A DNA stretch of 64,000 nucleotides from Patescibacteria group bacterium (lineage in GTDB: Bacteria; Patescibacteriota; Microgenomatia; JAMCZE01), in the NCBI GenBank assembly GCA_023380635.1, contig JAMCRP010000001.1:469200-533199 (forward strand), in the 5' to 3' direction. A program made the translations under genes and the position numbers. This document shows positions 37,356 to 46,878 of the stretch, one piece after another. Position 1 is the stretch's first letter, and the number at the start of each line of letters is the position of its first letter. Under the pieces are notes generated by a model, which was not told the origin of the DNA, did no database searches, and worked only from the letters and a program-made list of their open reading frames with translations.

Positions 37356-38078
37356 ATGCCAAGAATTGCCGTTGATAACTTAGAGCCGGATAGTAAGTCT
37401 GTTCTCACCCAACCGGTTGAAGTAAAACCGGAAAAGACAACGCTGGCTGAGCCGCCCGCGCTGGCCAACAGCCAGATTAAAAACGAAACCGCGGTCGATA
37501 AAGAATTGGAAGAAAAATCAGGAACCTCGCTTTTGGCTGCCTTTAAAGCCTTTCCCCAAAGCATTACTTTTTCCGATAAAGAACCCGACGAGGATATTAT
37601 TCTTCTCTTGCGAGCCCATATCATTACGACTTTACCCTGGATTTTAGCAACCCTGGGGCTAATTGTTTTGCCTTTAATTATTCTGCCCCTGGTGTCAATG
37701 CTCCATTTACCGGTTAACCCGGGCACGGTTTTTGTCTTTTTTCTGCTTTGGTACGCTGGGACTTTTTCCTACGCCTTTATTAATTTTTTGTCTTGGTATT
37801 TTAATGTTTATATCGTCACTTCTGGACGGGTGGTGGATGTTGACTGGTACTCGATTATTTACCGCAAAGTGAGTGCGGCCCAGATCAGTCACATCGAGGA
37901 TGTCAGCTCCAGCGCCATCGGCGTTCTGGCCGGGGTTTTCGATTACGGAAATGTGGCTATCCAGACGGCGGCAGAAGAGGAAAATTTTGAGTTTGAAGCT
38001 GTCCCGCATCCCCAGTTGGTTTCCAAAAAAATTCAGGAATTAATGGAAATCGAAGACCAGGAAAAAGAGGGAAGATAG
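37356..38078 (+). CDS. Membrane protein with bacterial PH domain (bPH_2/YdbT-like)
   Basis: Two TM helices followed by the SGRVVDVDW...NVAIQTAAEE bPH_2 pattern. Extended -10 TGATATAAT at 37338-37346. Confidence 0.45.
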   Translation: MPRIAVDNLEPDSKSVLTQPVEVKPEKTTLAEPPALANSQIKNETAVDKELEEKSGTSLLAAFKAFPQSITFSDKEPDEDIILLLRAHIITTLPWILATLGLIVLPLIILPLVSMLHLPVNPGTVFVFFLLWYAGTFSYAFINFLSWYFNVYIVTSGRVVDVDWYSIIYRKVSAAQISHIEDVSSSAIGVLAGVFDYGNVAIQTAAEEENFEFEAVPHPQLVSKKIQELMEIEDQEKEGR

Positions 38079-38079
38079 T

Positions 38080-38298
38080 ATGGAGCTGCTTAATCTTTTA
38101 CAATTTAGCATTTTTATTAAGCTTTTCTTTGCGGTTCTGATGCTTTTGTACTTTGTTTTTACAGTAGTGGTTTACCGGCAGATTGTCCTTATGACCCAGG
38201 TGCTGAACAGCAAGATCTCTCCGCTGTTTAAGATGATAGCTTTGGGGCAAGTTGTGGCTGTAGGAATTCTTTTCTTTCTAGGGATATTGCTGGTTTAG
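38080..38298 (+). CDS. Small membrane protein (72 aa, 2 TM)
   Basis: Hydrophobic ORF tightly coupled to the upstream gene. Confidence 0.35.
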   Translation: MELLNLLQFSIFIKLFFAVLMLLYFVFTVVVYRQIVLMTQVLNSKISPLFKMIALGQVVAVGILFFLGILLV

Positions 38299-38849
38299 TT
38301 GCAAGCGCTCCATAATCCGCGATCCTGAAATTTAGCTTCTTCAGCGGCGGCATTAAACTGGCTGGCAAAATGCAAATCGGGGGCAAGGGGCAGAGGTCTA
38401 GCATAACCCTGCCGCACAAGATAATCATTCACAAAGATTTCCCGGCCGGAACTGTCAGTGGCGTAGACATAGCGCAGTAATCGGCCGTATTTATCCCGGT
38501 TGGTGGTGTCTTTTTCCAGACGGATAGTTTTACCCGCCAGTAATTTTTCGTTTTCGGCTTTAGCTTCCGGGGCAAAACATTGGGGTTGCTTATTCATGTC
38601 TGCCATTTCCGGAGTATTAATCCCGATGTAGCGCACCCGCCGGCCATCGGTTAAAGCAATGGTGTCACCGTCTATAACTTTAGCCACGGTGGGATTTTCT
38701 ACTGTTTCACTAACTTCAGCCGAGGTTTGCTGGTCGAGGATTAACTGCGCGCCCAGACCGGAGGTAGCCACCCGGGCTAGGATTAAAGCGCAAGCGACCA
38801 GAATAAGGCCACATGAGGAAAGAACAAGAAAACTGTGCTTTTGGTCCAT
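38295..38849 (-). CDS. Thermonuclease family protein (secreted SNase-like nuclease)
   Basis: Signal/TM then DGDTIAL...RVRYIGINTPE...GRLLRYVY staphylococcal-nuclease motifs. Confidence 0.8.
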   Translation of the reverse strand: MDQKHSFLVLSSCGLILVACALILARVATSGLGAQLILDQQTSAEVSETVENPTVAKVIDGDTIALTDGRRVRYIGINTPEMADMNKQPQCFAPEAKAENEKLLAGKTIRLEKDTTNRDKYGRLLRYVYATDSSGREIFVNDYLVRQGYARPLPLAPDLHFASQFNAAAEEAKFQDRGLWSACN

Positions 38850-38915
38850 TAATTAATATTACCAGTTTTTATGGGGCCGTGGTGGTTGGCAGGGGCGAGG
38901 CCACGAGGGTGGTAG

Positions 38916-39617
38916 CTACCGCGGCGCGTTCACGGCAGCGGAAGGTGTTGCTACTGGTGGGGTTGGCTGGGAGAAGTCTTTAACCAGGGTTACTTCGGTA
39001 ATGGTGTTGAGTTTGTTATCCCACATTCCTCGAATCATCACCCGGTGGCCGGCGATAATTGTTGAGGGGTTAATCGTTTTCATCCGGCGGTCGAGATACC
39101 GGGTAGTTTTGCCGGCAGTGACTGTCTGTTGAGGCCGGGCCAGAGGCTGGAAAATAAAGCCGGTGGCGTTTGTACTAACAATTGTTCCTACAAAAGTGCC
39201 CCGGCGTTTTTGGATGGAAATATCGCGGACCAGCCGGGCGTTCACGGCGGTTTGGGTGGTGTTGGTCCATTTGCCGAAAGCTTGCACCTGGTCGCCGACA
39301 CTAAATTCTGAAAAAGCCGATCTGGCCCCGAACTGGCGCAACAAAATTGTTGTCGGCGTTAAGTTTACCGTCACGCCGTTAATGACGAAATTATTGGTGC
39401 CCAGAGAAGAAATCGTTCCGGCGAGTTTGGCAATTGTGCTTCGCGTTTGCGCCTGCGCAGTGATTTTTTCCTGAAGCTGACCGGCACTACTAGCTGCTCT
39501 GACTGAATTGTTGACTATGGGTGGGGTAACCGTAGTGACCACAGCGAAAGCCGTCGAACTGGCTAAAACAGTGGAAGTTAAAAAGACGACGGAACCGGTT
39601 AAAAATTTTCTGGTCAT
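38916..39617 (-). CDS. Hypothetical secreted protein (DUF5666-like beta repeats)
   Basis: Signal peptide plus repeated ..VGD.V...G.. beta units. Confidence 0.4.
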   Translation of the reverse strand: MTRKFLTGSVVFLTSTVLASSTAFAVVTTVTPPIVNNSVRAASSAGQLQEKITAQAQTRSTIAKLAGTISSLGTNNFVINGVTVNLTPTTILLRQFGARSAFSEFSVGDQVQAFGKWTNTTQTAVNARLVRDISIQKRRGTFVGTIVSTNATGFIFQPLARPQQTVTAGKTTRYLDRRMKTINPSTIIAGHRVMIRGMWDNKLNTITEVTLVKDFSQPTPPVATPSAAVNAPR

Positions 39618-40255
39618 GAGCCGGCAGGCTGATAGGTAACGGTTAATTCCCGTTCGGAGGTTTGGCCGTTTTCATCAACGGCGTCAATCACTATGGGATT
39701 ATCGCCTTCAGACAGGGTAAGAGTAGCCGAGAATTTGCCGGTGGCGTCGGCTTTAGTATCAATTTCATTAACGGATACATCAGCCCTGGCGGAAGTGGTT
39801 CCGGTAACTTTGATAGTAGCTGTGGTTACGGTCACATTGTTTACTGGTGTGGCAATCGTTAAAGGAATTTCGTCAATTGGTTGCGGCGAGGCGGGGGGCT
39901 GGGGAGCTGTAGGTGGAGTTTGAGTTGGGGTTTTTGGCACCAGCGGCGGATTAGCGGCTGGAGTCGTTGTTTGAGCTTTATTGCCGGTTAAGCTGCCAAG
40001 CATTTGCGGGTTGGACATGATCAAAAAAGCGCCGGCGCCAACCAAGACAACGACTAAAATGATCCCTGCAATGGCTAAAAAGTTCCATTTGTCGGAAGAA
40101 GCCTCTGCTGCTACCGGTGGAGGATTAACCGAGACTGTTTGTCCAACCGGATTAGCAGACGGGGGAGTAATAGGTGTGGGTGCAGGTGACGGAGCAACAG
40201 GAGCAGCGGGATTGGTTGGTCCTGACTGGGCCGGGGTAGTATTTGCAGAATCCAT
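39614..40255 (-). CDS. Hypothetical Pro-rich membrane-anchored protein with a C-terminal Ig-like domain
   Basis: Pro-rich N-terminus, one TM and a beta-sandwich-like C-terminus. Confidence 0.4.
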   Translation of the reverse strand: MDSANTTPAQSGPTNPAAPVAPSPAPTPITPPSANPVGQTVSVNPPPVAAEASSDKWNFLAIAGIILVVVLVGAGAFLIMSNPQMLGSLTGNKAQTTTPAANPPLVPKTPTQTPPTAPQPPASPQPIDEIPLTIATPVNNVTVTTATIKVTGTTSARADVSVNEIDTKADATGKFSATLTLSEGDNPIVIDAVDENGQTSERELTVTYQPAGS

Positions 40256-40304
40256 GGAATTAGTTTAGCCAAATTGGAAAACAGATGTCAAGTGGCGAGG
40301 AAGT

Positions 40305-41423
40305 TTATGATTTTAAAGAAGCCAGTATCTCTTCTGCCTGTTGTTGGAGGCTTGGCTGGCCAGCCTGAGACATTTCTAAAATAAAATCTTTGAGAGTGTC
40401 GGGGGTTGGAACAATTTTCAATAAATCAAAGTGTAGCTGGTTACGAAGACCGGGGTCGTCGACCTGAAGCCAGGATTTTTGAGCCAGAGCGGTGATGACG
40501 GCGGTTTTGTTGGCGGTTTTAGTGATGTTTTCCAGATAATCCACCATTTCTTTCTGGTAGGCCTGGTACTCCGGGTCCTGACTAAAGCTCCAGTCTGTGG
40601 CTGTTTGCGCGCTCAAATGAATATCCTGGCGGACCAGATTATCCGCCGGCTTAACGACGACTTCGATGTTGGCCGGATCTTTATAAATCCCGCTGGCGAT
40701 AATTTCTGCCAGTAATTTTTTGGCGTCGTTATAAGAAATATCCGTATCGATAGTTTTAAAGCCCAGATATTTAATCGGCTCCGGCAAGGCATTAATCTGG
40801 TCCAGGTGTTGGACTAACATATCTTTGAGAAAATTGGCCTGGTTAAAACTACGCTGGTTGTCGCCGATGGCGTAGTCATGCCGGTCGCGAAGAAACTGTA
40901 AAGTGGGTGATGGAGGTAAACCTAGTAATCTAAATGCCCCCATGGTTTGGGAAAAACCGGTTTTGACAGTGTAGTCGGCGGGGATGCCGGTGATCTTTTC
41001 GATTTCCTTTTTGGCGGTATCAAAACCGTAAATCGAACACACATTGGCAATAATATTTCCATCTTTAGAAATAGTGCCGCGGGGAACGGAAGTGATAATT
41101 ATTTTGCCTTGGCTTGGCAAAAAGCTAACCGTATGAATGGCGTCACAGCGGGCGGACTTGTCGCCCTTGCGCGAATCCAGACCCAAAAGCAAAATACTGG
41201 TATCTTTAAGCGGTTCGGCCATGGTGGCAGTGCCCAAAACGGCGGCAAAATGGCCGGAAGCGGCCGGGATTTTTGCTTGAGCGAGATAAACCGGGACAGA
41301 ATGATTGGAGTTAGCAATAATTTGTTCCTGGTGAACTTGAAAAGCCAAGGAAGCTCCGGTTAGAGAGAAAAATAATAAAAAGAGAAATAGGAAGCTGCCT
41401 TTAAAAAACGACGGCCAGTGCAT
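40305..41423 (-). CDS. LCP family (LytR-CpsA-Psr) cell-envelope phosphotransferase
   Basis: N-terminal TM; LLLGLDSRKGDKSARCDAIHTVSF...IITSVPRGT LCP core motif. Confidence 0.65.
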   Translation of the reverse strand: MHWPSFFKGSFLFLFLLFFSLTGASLAFQVHQEQIIANSNHSVPVYLAQAKIPAASGHFAAVLGTATMAEPLKDTSILLLGLDSRKGDKSARCDAIHTVSFLPSQGKIIITSVPRGTISKDGNIIANVCSIYGFDTAKKEIEKITGIPADYTVKTGFSQTMGAFRLLGLPPSPTLQFLRDRHDYAIGDNQRSFNQANFLKDMLVQHLDQINALPEPIKYLGFKTIDTDISYNDAKKLLAEIIASGIYKDPANIEVVVKPADNLVRQDIHLSAQTATDWSFSQDPEYQAYQKEMVDYLENITKTANKTAVITALAQKSWLQVDDPGLRNQLHFDLLKIVPTPDTLKDFILEMSQAGQPSLQQQAEEILASLKS

Positions 41424-41440
41424 GAAACCATTGTAGCGAT

Positions 41441-42013
41441 TTATTGCTGAATTTGCTCGAGAATATGATAGCTGACAATGGCAGCGGACATAGCCACATT
41501 GTGGGAATTGCCCATCCCTAACATCGGAATTTCCACGACTAAATCCGATTTTTCTAACAGATCATCTTCCACGCCGGTGCGTTCGTGGCCAAAGATTAAA
41601 GCGACGGGTTTTTTATACTTTGCTTCCCGAAAATCGATGCTCTGATCCGTTTGCTCGACGGAGACGCGTTGGTAACCGGACCGGCGTAAATCCGCTATTA
41701 ATCCATGAATATCTTCGGTTTTCTCCCAAGGTACGAAGGGGACCAATTTAATCGCGGTTTTTTCAATTTCCTTTTCGGCGTGGTTAACAATCCGTTCGTC
41801 ACGGGTGTCGTTTTCCAGCCGCGGATAGCCGGTGTAGCCGGTCAAATAAACTTTTTCTGCCCGGATGGCGTCAGCCAATCTAAAGAATAATCCCACGTTT
41901 TGTAACGAGCGGATGTTATGCAAAACAAAAACGATGGGATTTCGTTTCAAATTAGTAAAATCAGCCTCGTTTGGCTTTTGCGCCACTAGCTCATCAGTGG
42001 TATACTTGTGCAT
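41441..42013 (-). CDS. SpoU/TrmH family RNA 2'-O-methyltransferase
   Basis: SPOUT pattern (LHNIRSLQNVGLFFRLADA...IFGHERTG...IPMLG.GNSHNV). Confidence 0.7.
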   Translation of the reverse strand: MHKYTTDELVAQKPNEADFTNLKRNPIVFVLHNIRSLQNVGLFFRLADAIRAEKVYLTGYTGYPRLENDTRDERIVNHAEKEIEKTAIKLVPFVPWEKTEDIHGLIADLRRSGYQRVSVEQTDQSIDFREAKYKKPVALIFGHERTGVEDDLLEKSDLVVEIPMLGMGNSHNVAMSAAIVSYHILEQIQQ

Positions 42014-42074
42014 GAAGCTATTCTACTTCTTGAGGGACAGGCTTACCATCCTCTAGTAAGCCAAAGCTCAAACT

Positions 42075-42569
42075 ATGACCGACCATCATATCGACCAATT
42101 TCGTTCGCCGACCCTGGGGTTAATGGATTTGCCGCGGCTTGTTGACCGGGTGGTAAGTTTTATTGAAAAAGAAAATAATTCCCACTTCAAAATCGTTATT
42201 GGGACGGATTCAGAATTAACCGATCGCCAGACGGCCCATTTTGTGTCCGCGGTTGTGGTCCATCATGTGGGTCACGGTGGGGTCTATTTCTGGGGTCAGG
42301 TGACTAAAAGCGGCATCAAAGACCTCCGGCAACGGATGTATGAAGAGGCGACCTACTCATTAACCCTGGCTCAGCGCCTCTTAGATGAGTTTAAATTAAG
42401 GGAGTTACCTTTGGACAAGCTTCTAGAAATCCATGTGGATATCGGCCAAAACGGGGATACCAAAATGATGATTAACGAAATTGTGGGAATGATCCGCGGC
42501 AGTGGTTTTATCTGTAAAACCAAACCCGACAGTTTTGGAGCTTCTAATGTTGCCGACCGCCACACGTAA
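42075..42569 (+). CDS. DUF458/YkuK-like RNase H-fold protein
   Basis: VIGTDSE motif and length typical of the YkuK family. Confidence 0.4.
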   Translation: MTDHHIDQFRSPTLGLMDLPRLVDRVVSFIEKENNSHFKIVIGTDSELTDRQTAHFVSAVVVHHVGHGGVYFWGQVTKSGIKDLRQRMYEEATYSLTLAQRLLDEFKLRELPLDKLLEIHVDIGQNGDTKMMINEIVGMIRGSGFICKTKPDSFGASNVADRHT

Positions 42570-42590
42570 CTCGTGCCTTTGCTCGCTAAA

Positions 42591-42665
42591 TTGTTTTCGC
42601 GCTCGGCCGCTATGGCGAGGTACCAAGTGCCTGCGCAGCTTACCCTCGCGCTGCAAAAATTTAGC
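42591..42665. terminator. Long imperfect palindrome between convergent genes (bidirectional terminator candidate)
   Basis: GCTAAATT(42591-42598) pairs with AATTTAGC(42658-42665); the inner arms GTTTTCGCGCTCGG / CCTCGCGCTGCAAAA are partially complementary. Confidence 0.3.
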
Positions 42666-42674
42666 TCACCGGCG

Positions 42675-43748
42675 CTACAGTTCTTGCTTCGCTCGAACGA
42701 TAAATGCGTTAATGCTTCCTACTAATTGTGGTCCTTCGTAAATCATACCAGTAATCAGCTGGACTAAATTGGCTCCGGAATCTAGCCTCTCTAAAGCGTC
42801 TTCGGGGGTAAAAATGCCGCCGGTGCTGATAAGGGCGACGCTTTCTCCAAACTTCTGGCGGGTATGCGCCACTAAATTTTTGGCATTGGCGGCGACCGGT
42901 TTGCCGCTAAAACTGCCTTTGTGATTCTGATATTTGGTTACCTCTTCAGAATTAAGAATGGGATTGTCGCGCCTCTTCACTAAATTAGAAAAAATAAAGC
43001 CGCGAATGCCCAACTTAAGGGCAATTTGGACTAATTTATCGCTTTCGACCACAGTAATCTCGTTAGGCATTTTGATAAAGATTGGTTGTCTAATTTTTAG
43101 AGTTTTTACGGCGACTAATAATTTCTGAAAGTTTTTTGGATTAGTAAACGATTCGGACATGGCCGTGTTGGGGCAGCTAATATTGAGTTCAAAATATTTG
43201 ACGTAAGGTTTATTTTTGAAAACATTAAAAGTAAACAGATAATCTTCAATAGCCTTGGGAATCGTATTAATCTCCGGTAAATTGGAGCTGCCAACGCTAA
43301 TTCCCAGGATTTGGCCATCCAGTTTCTTTTTGTCTAGACGCCTAGCTACAACTGCGGCACCACTGGACTTAAAACCTTTGTTAACCAGCAAACTCCCGGA
43401 CTTGGGTAAACGAGCCAGGCGGGGCGGGGGATTGCCGGGATAGGCTTTCGCCGTGACCGTCCCCACGGTGTTAAACCCAAAACCCGTATCGGCAATAACC
43501 TTGGCCAGATGGCCGTCGTAATCGAACCCGGCGGCTAAACCAATAGGATTAGGAAACTCCAGCCCCAGGACTTTTCTTTTTAAAGCGGGGTTTTGGTAAG
43601 CAAAAAGGGTTTGAACCACCGGTCCGGCGTTTTCTAGCAGTTCCCCAAAGTCAGTAAAAAGATTATGGATAAGTTCGGCGTCAAAAAGAAAAAAAACCGG
43701 CTTGGCCAAGTTTTTATAAAGCGCTTTTTCGAGTTGGGGTGTAAGCAT
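42675..43748 (-). CDS. pyrD: Dihydroorotate dehydrogenase, class 2 (quinone-dependent)
   Basis: N-terminal membrane-association helix, NPIGLAAGFDYDGH, GFGFNTVGTVT and FMN-binding C-terminal motifs. Confidence 0.8.
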   Translation of the reverse strand: MLTPQLEKALYKNLAKPVFFLFDAELIHNLFTDFGELLENAGPVVQTLFAYQNPALKRKVLGLEFPNPIGLAAGFDYDGHLAKVIADTGFGFNTVGTVTAKAYPGNPPPRLARLPKSGSLLVNKGFKSSGAAVVARRLDKKKLDGQILGISVGSSNLPEINTIPKAIEDYLFTFNVFKNKPYVKYFELNISCPNTAMSESFTNPKNFQKLLVAVKTLKIRQPIFIKMPNEITVVESDKLVQIALKLGIRGFIFSNLVKRRDNPILNSEEVTKYQNHKGSFSGKPVAANAKNLVAHTRQKFGESVALISTGGIFTPEDALERLDSGANLVQLITGMIYEGPQLVGSINAFIVRAKQEL

Positions 43749-43772
43749 TAGAGTTATTATATCGGTTATAGT

Positions 43773-46211
43773 TTACGGCTGCTTATTATTTTCCGGAGGG
43801 TGCAGGATTTTGTCGACCTCTTCTTTGGTAAAGTTGCACGCGGTTTTAGGTTCAGTGCCCTTGATAAAGTATTCAGTCTTGGTCGGACAATTCTCGCAAG
43901 GCAACAAGCCATTCAGGCTGCAGACCTGGATCGGAATAATATTATCCGGGCGGGCCACGCCTTCATCAGGTTTGCCGGCGAGCAAATATTTCATGATCGG
44001 ATTCCAGACAGCCGCCGCTCCGCTGTTGCCGGATTCGAGAGCCGCTCCCATGGGTGAATTATCGTTGTTACCTACCCAAACAGCAGCCAGTATACTGGGA
44101 GTGTAGCCAATCGTCCAGTTATCCCGTTTGTCTTCCGTTGTACCCGTTTTAACGCTGACCGTCCGGCCGGGGATAACCAGGTTGCTGTTGGGACCAAAAG
44201 TGGGTGTCCGGGCGGAATTATCGGCAAGAATGTCGCTAATGAGAAAGGCGGTTTGTGGCGAAATAACCTGAGTGCTTTGAGGAACGCTATTAAAGCCAAG
44301 ATGATCTTCCAAAACTTTTCCCCGATAGTCCGTAATTTTTTCGATGGGGTTTAAATCCACTCTTTTCCCGCCGGTGGCAAAAGCGCTGTAGGCGGTAGCC
44401 AAATCCATCATTGTCACTTCGCCTCCACCCAGAGTTAATGACAGACCAAACCGGCTGCGGTCGGTCCAGGTGGTAATTCCCATCTTCTGGGCGAAATCAA
44501 TAAAATTGCCCACGCCGTTTTTTTCCAGAACTCTGACCGCCGGGATATTGTAGGAGCTCGCCAGGGCGGTGCGCACCGAAACCCGACCATGGAACCGGTT
44601 GTCGTAATTTTGTGGGGCGTAATCCGGACCGCCGGCACTGCGATAGACTACCGGCGAATCGTCGAGAATGGTTGACGGGGTAATAAAGCCTTTTTCAAAG
44701 GCTAGGGCATAGTTTAGGGGTTTAATCGAGGAACCAGGGGAACGGGCGGCCAGAGTGACATTAACATTGCCGTCATGAGCGCTGTCAAAAAAATTGACCG
44801 AGCCGACCATGGCCAGAATTTCTCCGGTCGCCGGGTTAGTGACCAGAGCTGCTCCGTTACCGACATTTAAACTTTTTTGGGCGACGACGCCGTCAGAAAT
44901 CATCTTGGTCACCTGTTCGTAAATACCATAATCCAAGCTGGTAGTAACTTCCAGTCCACCTTGTTCGACTGTCCGTGCCCCATATTTTTTGGTCAGATAA
45001 TCGCGGACATACATGACAAAATGGGGGGCCTTAATGGCAGTTTCCGGGGGCGTAAAGTTAAGCGGTTGGGCTAAAGCGGCCACCAGCTGGTCGCCGTTAA
45101 TGTAGCCCTGGGAAGCCATGTCTTCAAGGACTTGTCTTTGGCGTTCGCGGGAGAGTTCCGGTCTGGTGCCAAAAGGCGAATAGGTCGTCGGGGCGGAAGT
45201 CAGTCCGGCCAAAAGTGCCGCCTCGCCCAGCGTTAAATCTTTGGCGTGTTTGCCGAAATAGGTTTGGGCGGCGGCATCAATGCCGTAAGCCGCGCCGCCA
45301 TAAGGAATCTGGTTAAGGTACATGGTTAAAATCTGGTCTTTGGAATAAAGCCGCTCTGCCCAGAAAGACAAAATTAATTCTTTAATTTTTCGCGACCAAG
45401 TCTTTTCCGGGGAAAGCAAAGCGGAGCGGATCAGCTGTTGGGTAATGGTGGAACCGCCCTGGACAATTTCTCCCTGGGAATTGGCAAACGCCGCCCGGGT
45501 AATGCCCGCCAGGTCAAAGCCCCAGTGGTGGTAAAAATTTTTGTCTTCAATCGCAATGGCAGCCTCCGGGACATATTTTGGCAAGTCGGAGAGGGCAATC
45601 ATGTTGCGGTTTTCCCCGGAATAAATTTGGTAAAGTAGGACGCCGTTTCGGTCATAAATTTTTGTCGAGACAGGAATGTCCCGGGCTGATAACAACTCTG
45701 GGTTAGGCAACTGGTCCAGTTCAAACTTGGCCCAGACGGGAATGAAAATAAAAAAAACGGCCAGGACCGCTCCAATTCCCAGGTAAGCCATTTTTTGCGG
45801 TAACCTCACGGAGCGGAAGCGAAAATTAATATAGAACCAGTTTGTCAGCCGGCGGATTTTGGTTTTTATCCGAGGTTTTTTGAAGCGGGGCAGGGGCAAT
45901 TTGGGCCAGGAAAATTCCGGCCAGTAAATTTTTGGCAGCGATTTTTGTGGAGGTTCAGGTAGTTCGGGAAACCGGAAATTTTTGGCTAAAGTGACGATCG
46001 GAGACAAAAACCAGAAGAGGGTTTTAATTAAACCTTCAAACAGGAAAACGATTTTCTGGCATAGTTTGATAGTTTCGTTGCCGAGCCAATAGATGGTCCA
46101 AACGAGAATTTTAATGGCGAACAAAACAGGAGTTCCGATGGCACTTAAAGTTTGCCCGGTTATTTTTAATAATTCTAGAAGCCAGTTTTTAGCATAATAA
46201 TGGGAAGACAT
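43773..46211 (-). CDS. Class A penicillin-binding protein (transglycosylase + transpeptidase)
   Basis: GT51 motifs EDKNFYHHWG...GGSTITQQL; transpeptidase SSIKPL, SYN and KTGTT. Confidence 0.85.
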   Translation of the reverse strand: MSSHYYAKNWLLELLKITGQTLSAIGTPVLFAIKILVWTIYWLGNETIKLCQKIVFLFEGLIKTLFWFLSPIVTLAKNFRFPELPEPPQKSLPKIYWPEFSWPKLPLPRFKKPRIKTKIRRLTNWFYINFRFRSVRLPQKMAYLGIGAVLAVFFIFIPVWAKFELDQLPNPELLSARDIPVSTKIYDRNGVLLYQIYSGENRNMIALSDLPKYVPEAAIAIEDKNFYHHWGFDLAGITRAAFANSQGEIVQGGSTITQQLIRSALLSPEKTWSRKIKELILSFWAERLYSKDQILTMYLNQIPYGGAAYGIDAAAQTYFGKHAKDLTLGEAALLAGLTSAPTTYSPFGTRPELSRERQRQVLEDMASQGYINGDQLVAALAQPLNFTPPETAIKAPHFVMYVRDYLTKKYGARTVEQGGLEVTTSLDYGIYEQVTKMISDGVVAQKSLNVGNGAALVTNPATGEILAMVGSVNFFDSAHDGNVNVTLAARSPGSSIKPLNYALAFEKGFITPSTILDDSPVVYRSAGGPDYAPQNYDNRFHGRVSVRTALASSYNIPAVRVLEKNGVGNFIDFAQKMGITTWTDRSRFGLSLTLGGGEVTMMDLATAYSAFATGGKRVDLNPIEKITDYRGKVLEDHLGFNSVPQSTQVISPQTAFLISDILADNSARTPTFGPNSNLVIPGRTVSVKTGTTEDKRDNWTIGYTPSILAAVWVGNNDNSPMGAALESGNSGAAAVWNPIMKYLLAGKPDEGVARPDNIIPIQVCSLNGLLPCENCPTKTEYFIKGTEPKTACNFTKEEVDKILHPPENNKQP

Positions 46212-46313
46212 TCCACACTTAACAAAAACGGATCCCGAAGTTTGCTTCCCAAAGCTAGCCTGATTATTAACAAACTTTTTCCGTTTGGCAATAGGGAAAA
46301 AGTAAGAAGTTTG

Positions 46314-46829
46314 TTAAGTGGTGGGGAGACGGATAGCGTCGAGAATCTGGGGACTGGGGACACAGTAAGCCATGAGTAAAAATGCTTCCTGATACTGGTA
46401 AAGTTTTTCCCGGCCCTTCTCGGCTTCCAGACTTTCGGGGTCCCGATAGGTTAATTCAAAATTATTTCCACGGCCAAAGTGTAAGGGTAACGGTTTAGGG
46501 TTTTCTTTCCAGTCCCGCGGAAGCAAACAAACGGAACAGCGGGTGTTAGGCTGACCGGGATAAGGATCAAAAGAAATATGAATAATTTCGTTCTTAACGA
46601 AAGGCTGCGGACACCGAACTACCTGATAGTTATTCAGCGGACCCTGATTTGTTTTAGCTACCACCAGGGTAGTTTCTTTATTCTGATCAATTTCAAAAAG
46701 TAAAGCGGTCAAGTTAAAACCCGGCCGGGTGATAGTAATTTGGCCCAAAATGTCAGTGCAACTATCTTGCTGGATTGGGTGGAGAGAGGGTGGGGCGACA
46801 CGAGACAGCCCTTGCGTTTCGGTAATCAT
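46314..46829 (-). CDS. Hypothetical protein
   Basis: 171-aa ORF between the two PBP genes; no motif recognised. Confidence 0.35.
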   Translation of the reverse strand: MITETQGLSRVAPPSLHPIQQDSCTDILGQITITRPGFNLTALLFEIDQNKETTLVVAKTNQGPLNNYQVVRCPQPFVKNEIIHISFDPYPGQPNTRCSVCLLPRDWKENPKPLPLHFGRGNNFELTYRDPESLEAEKGREKLYQYQEAFLLMAYCVPSPQILDAIRLPTT

Positions 46830-46878
46830 TGCTATAAAGCCACATTAACAGAAGCTAGCGGTTCTGGCAAGAATTAGA

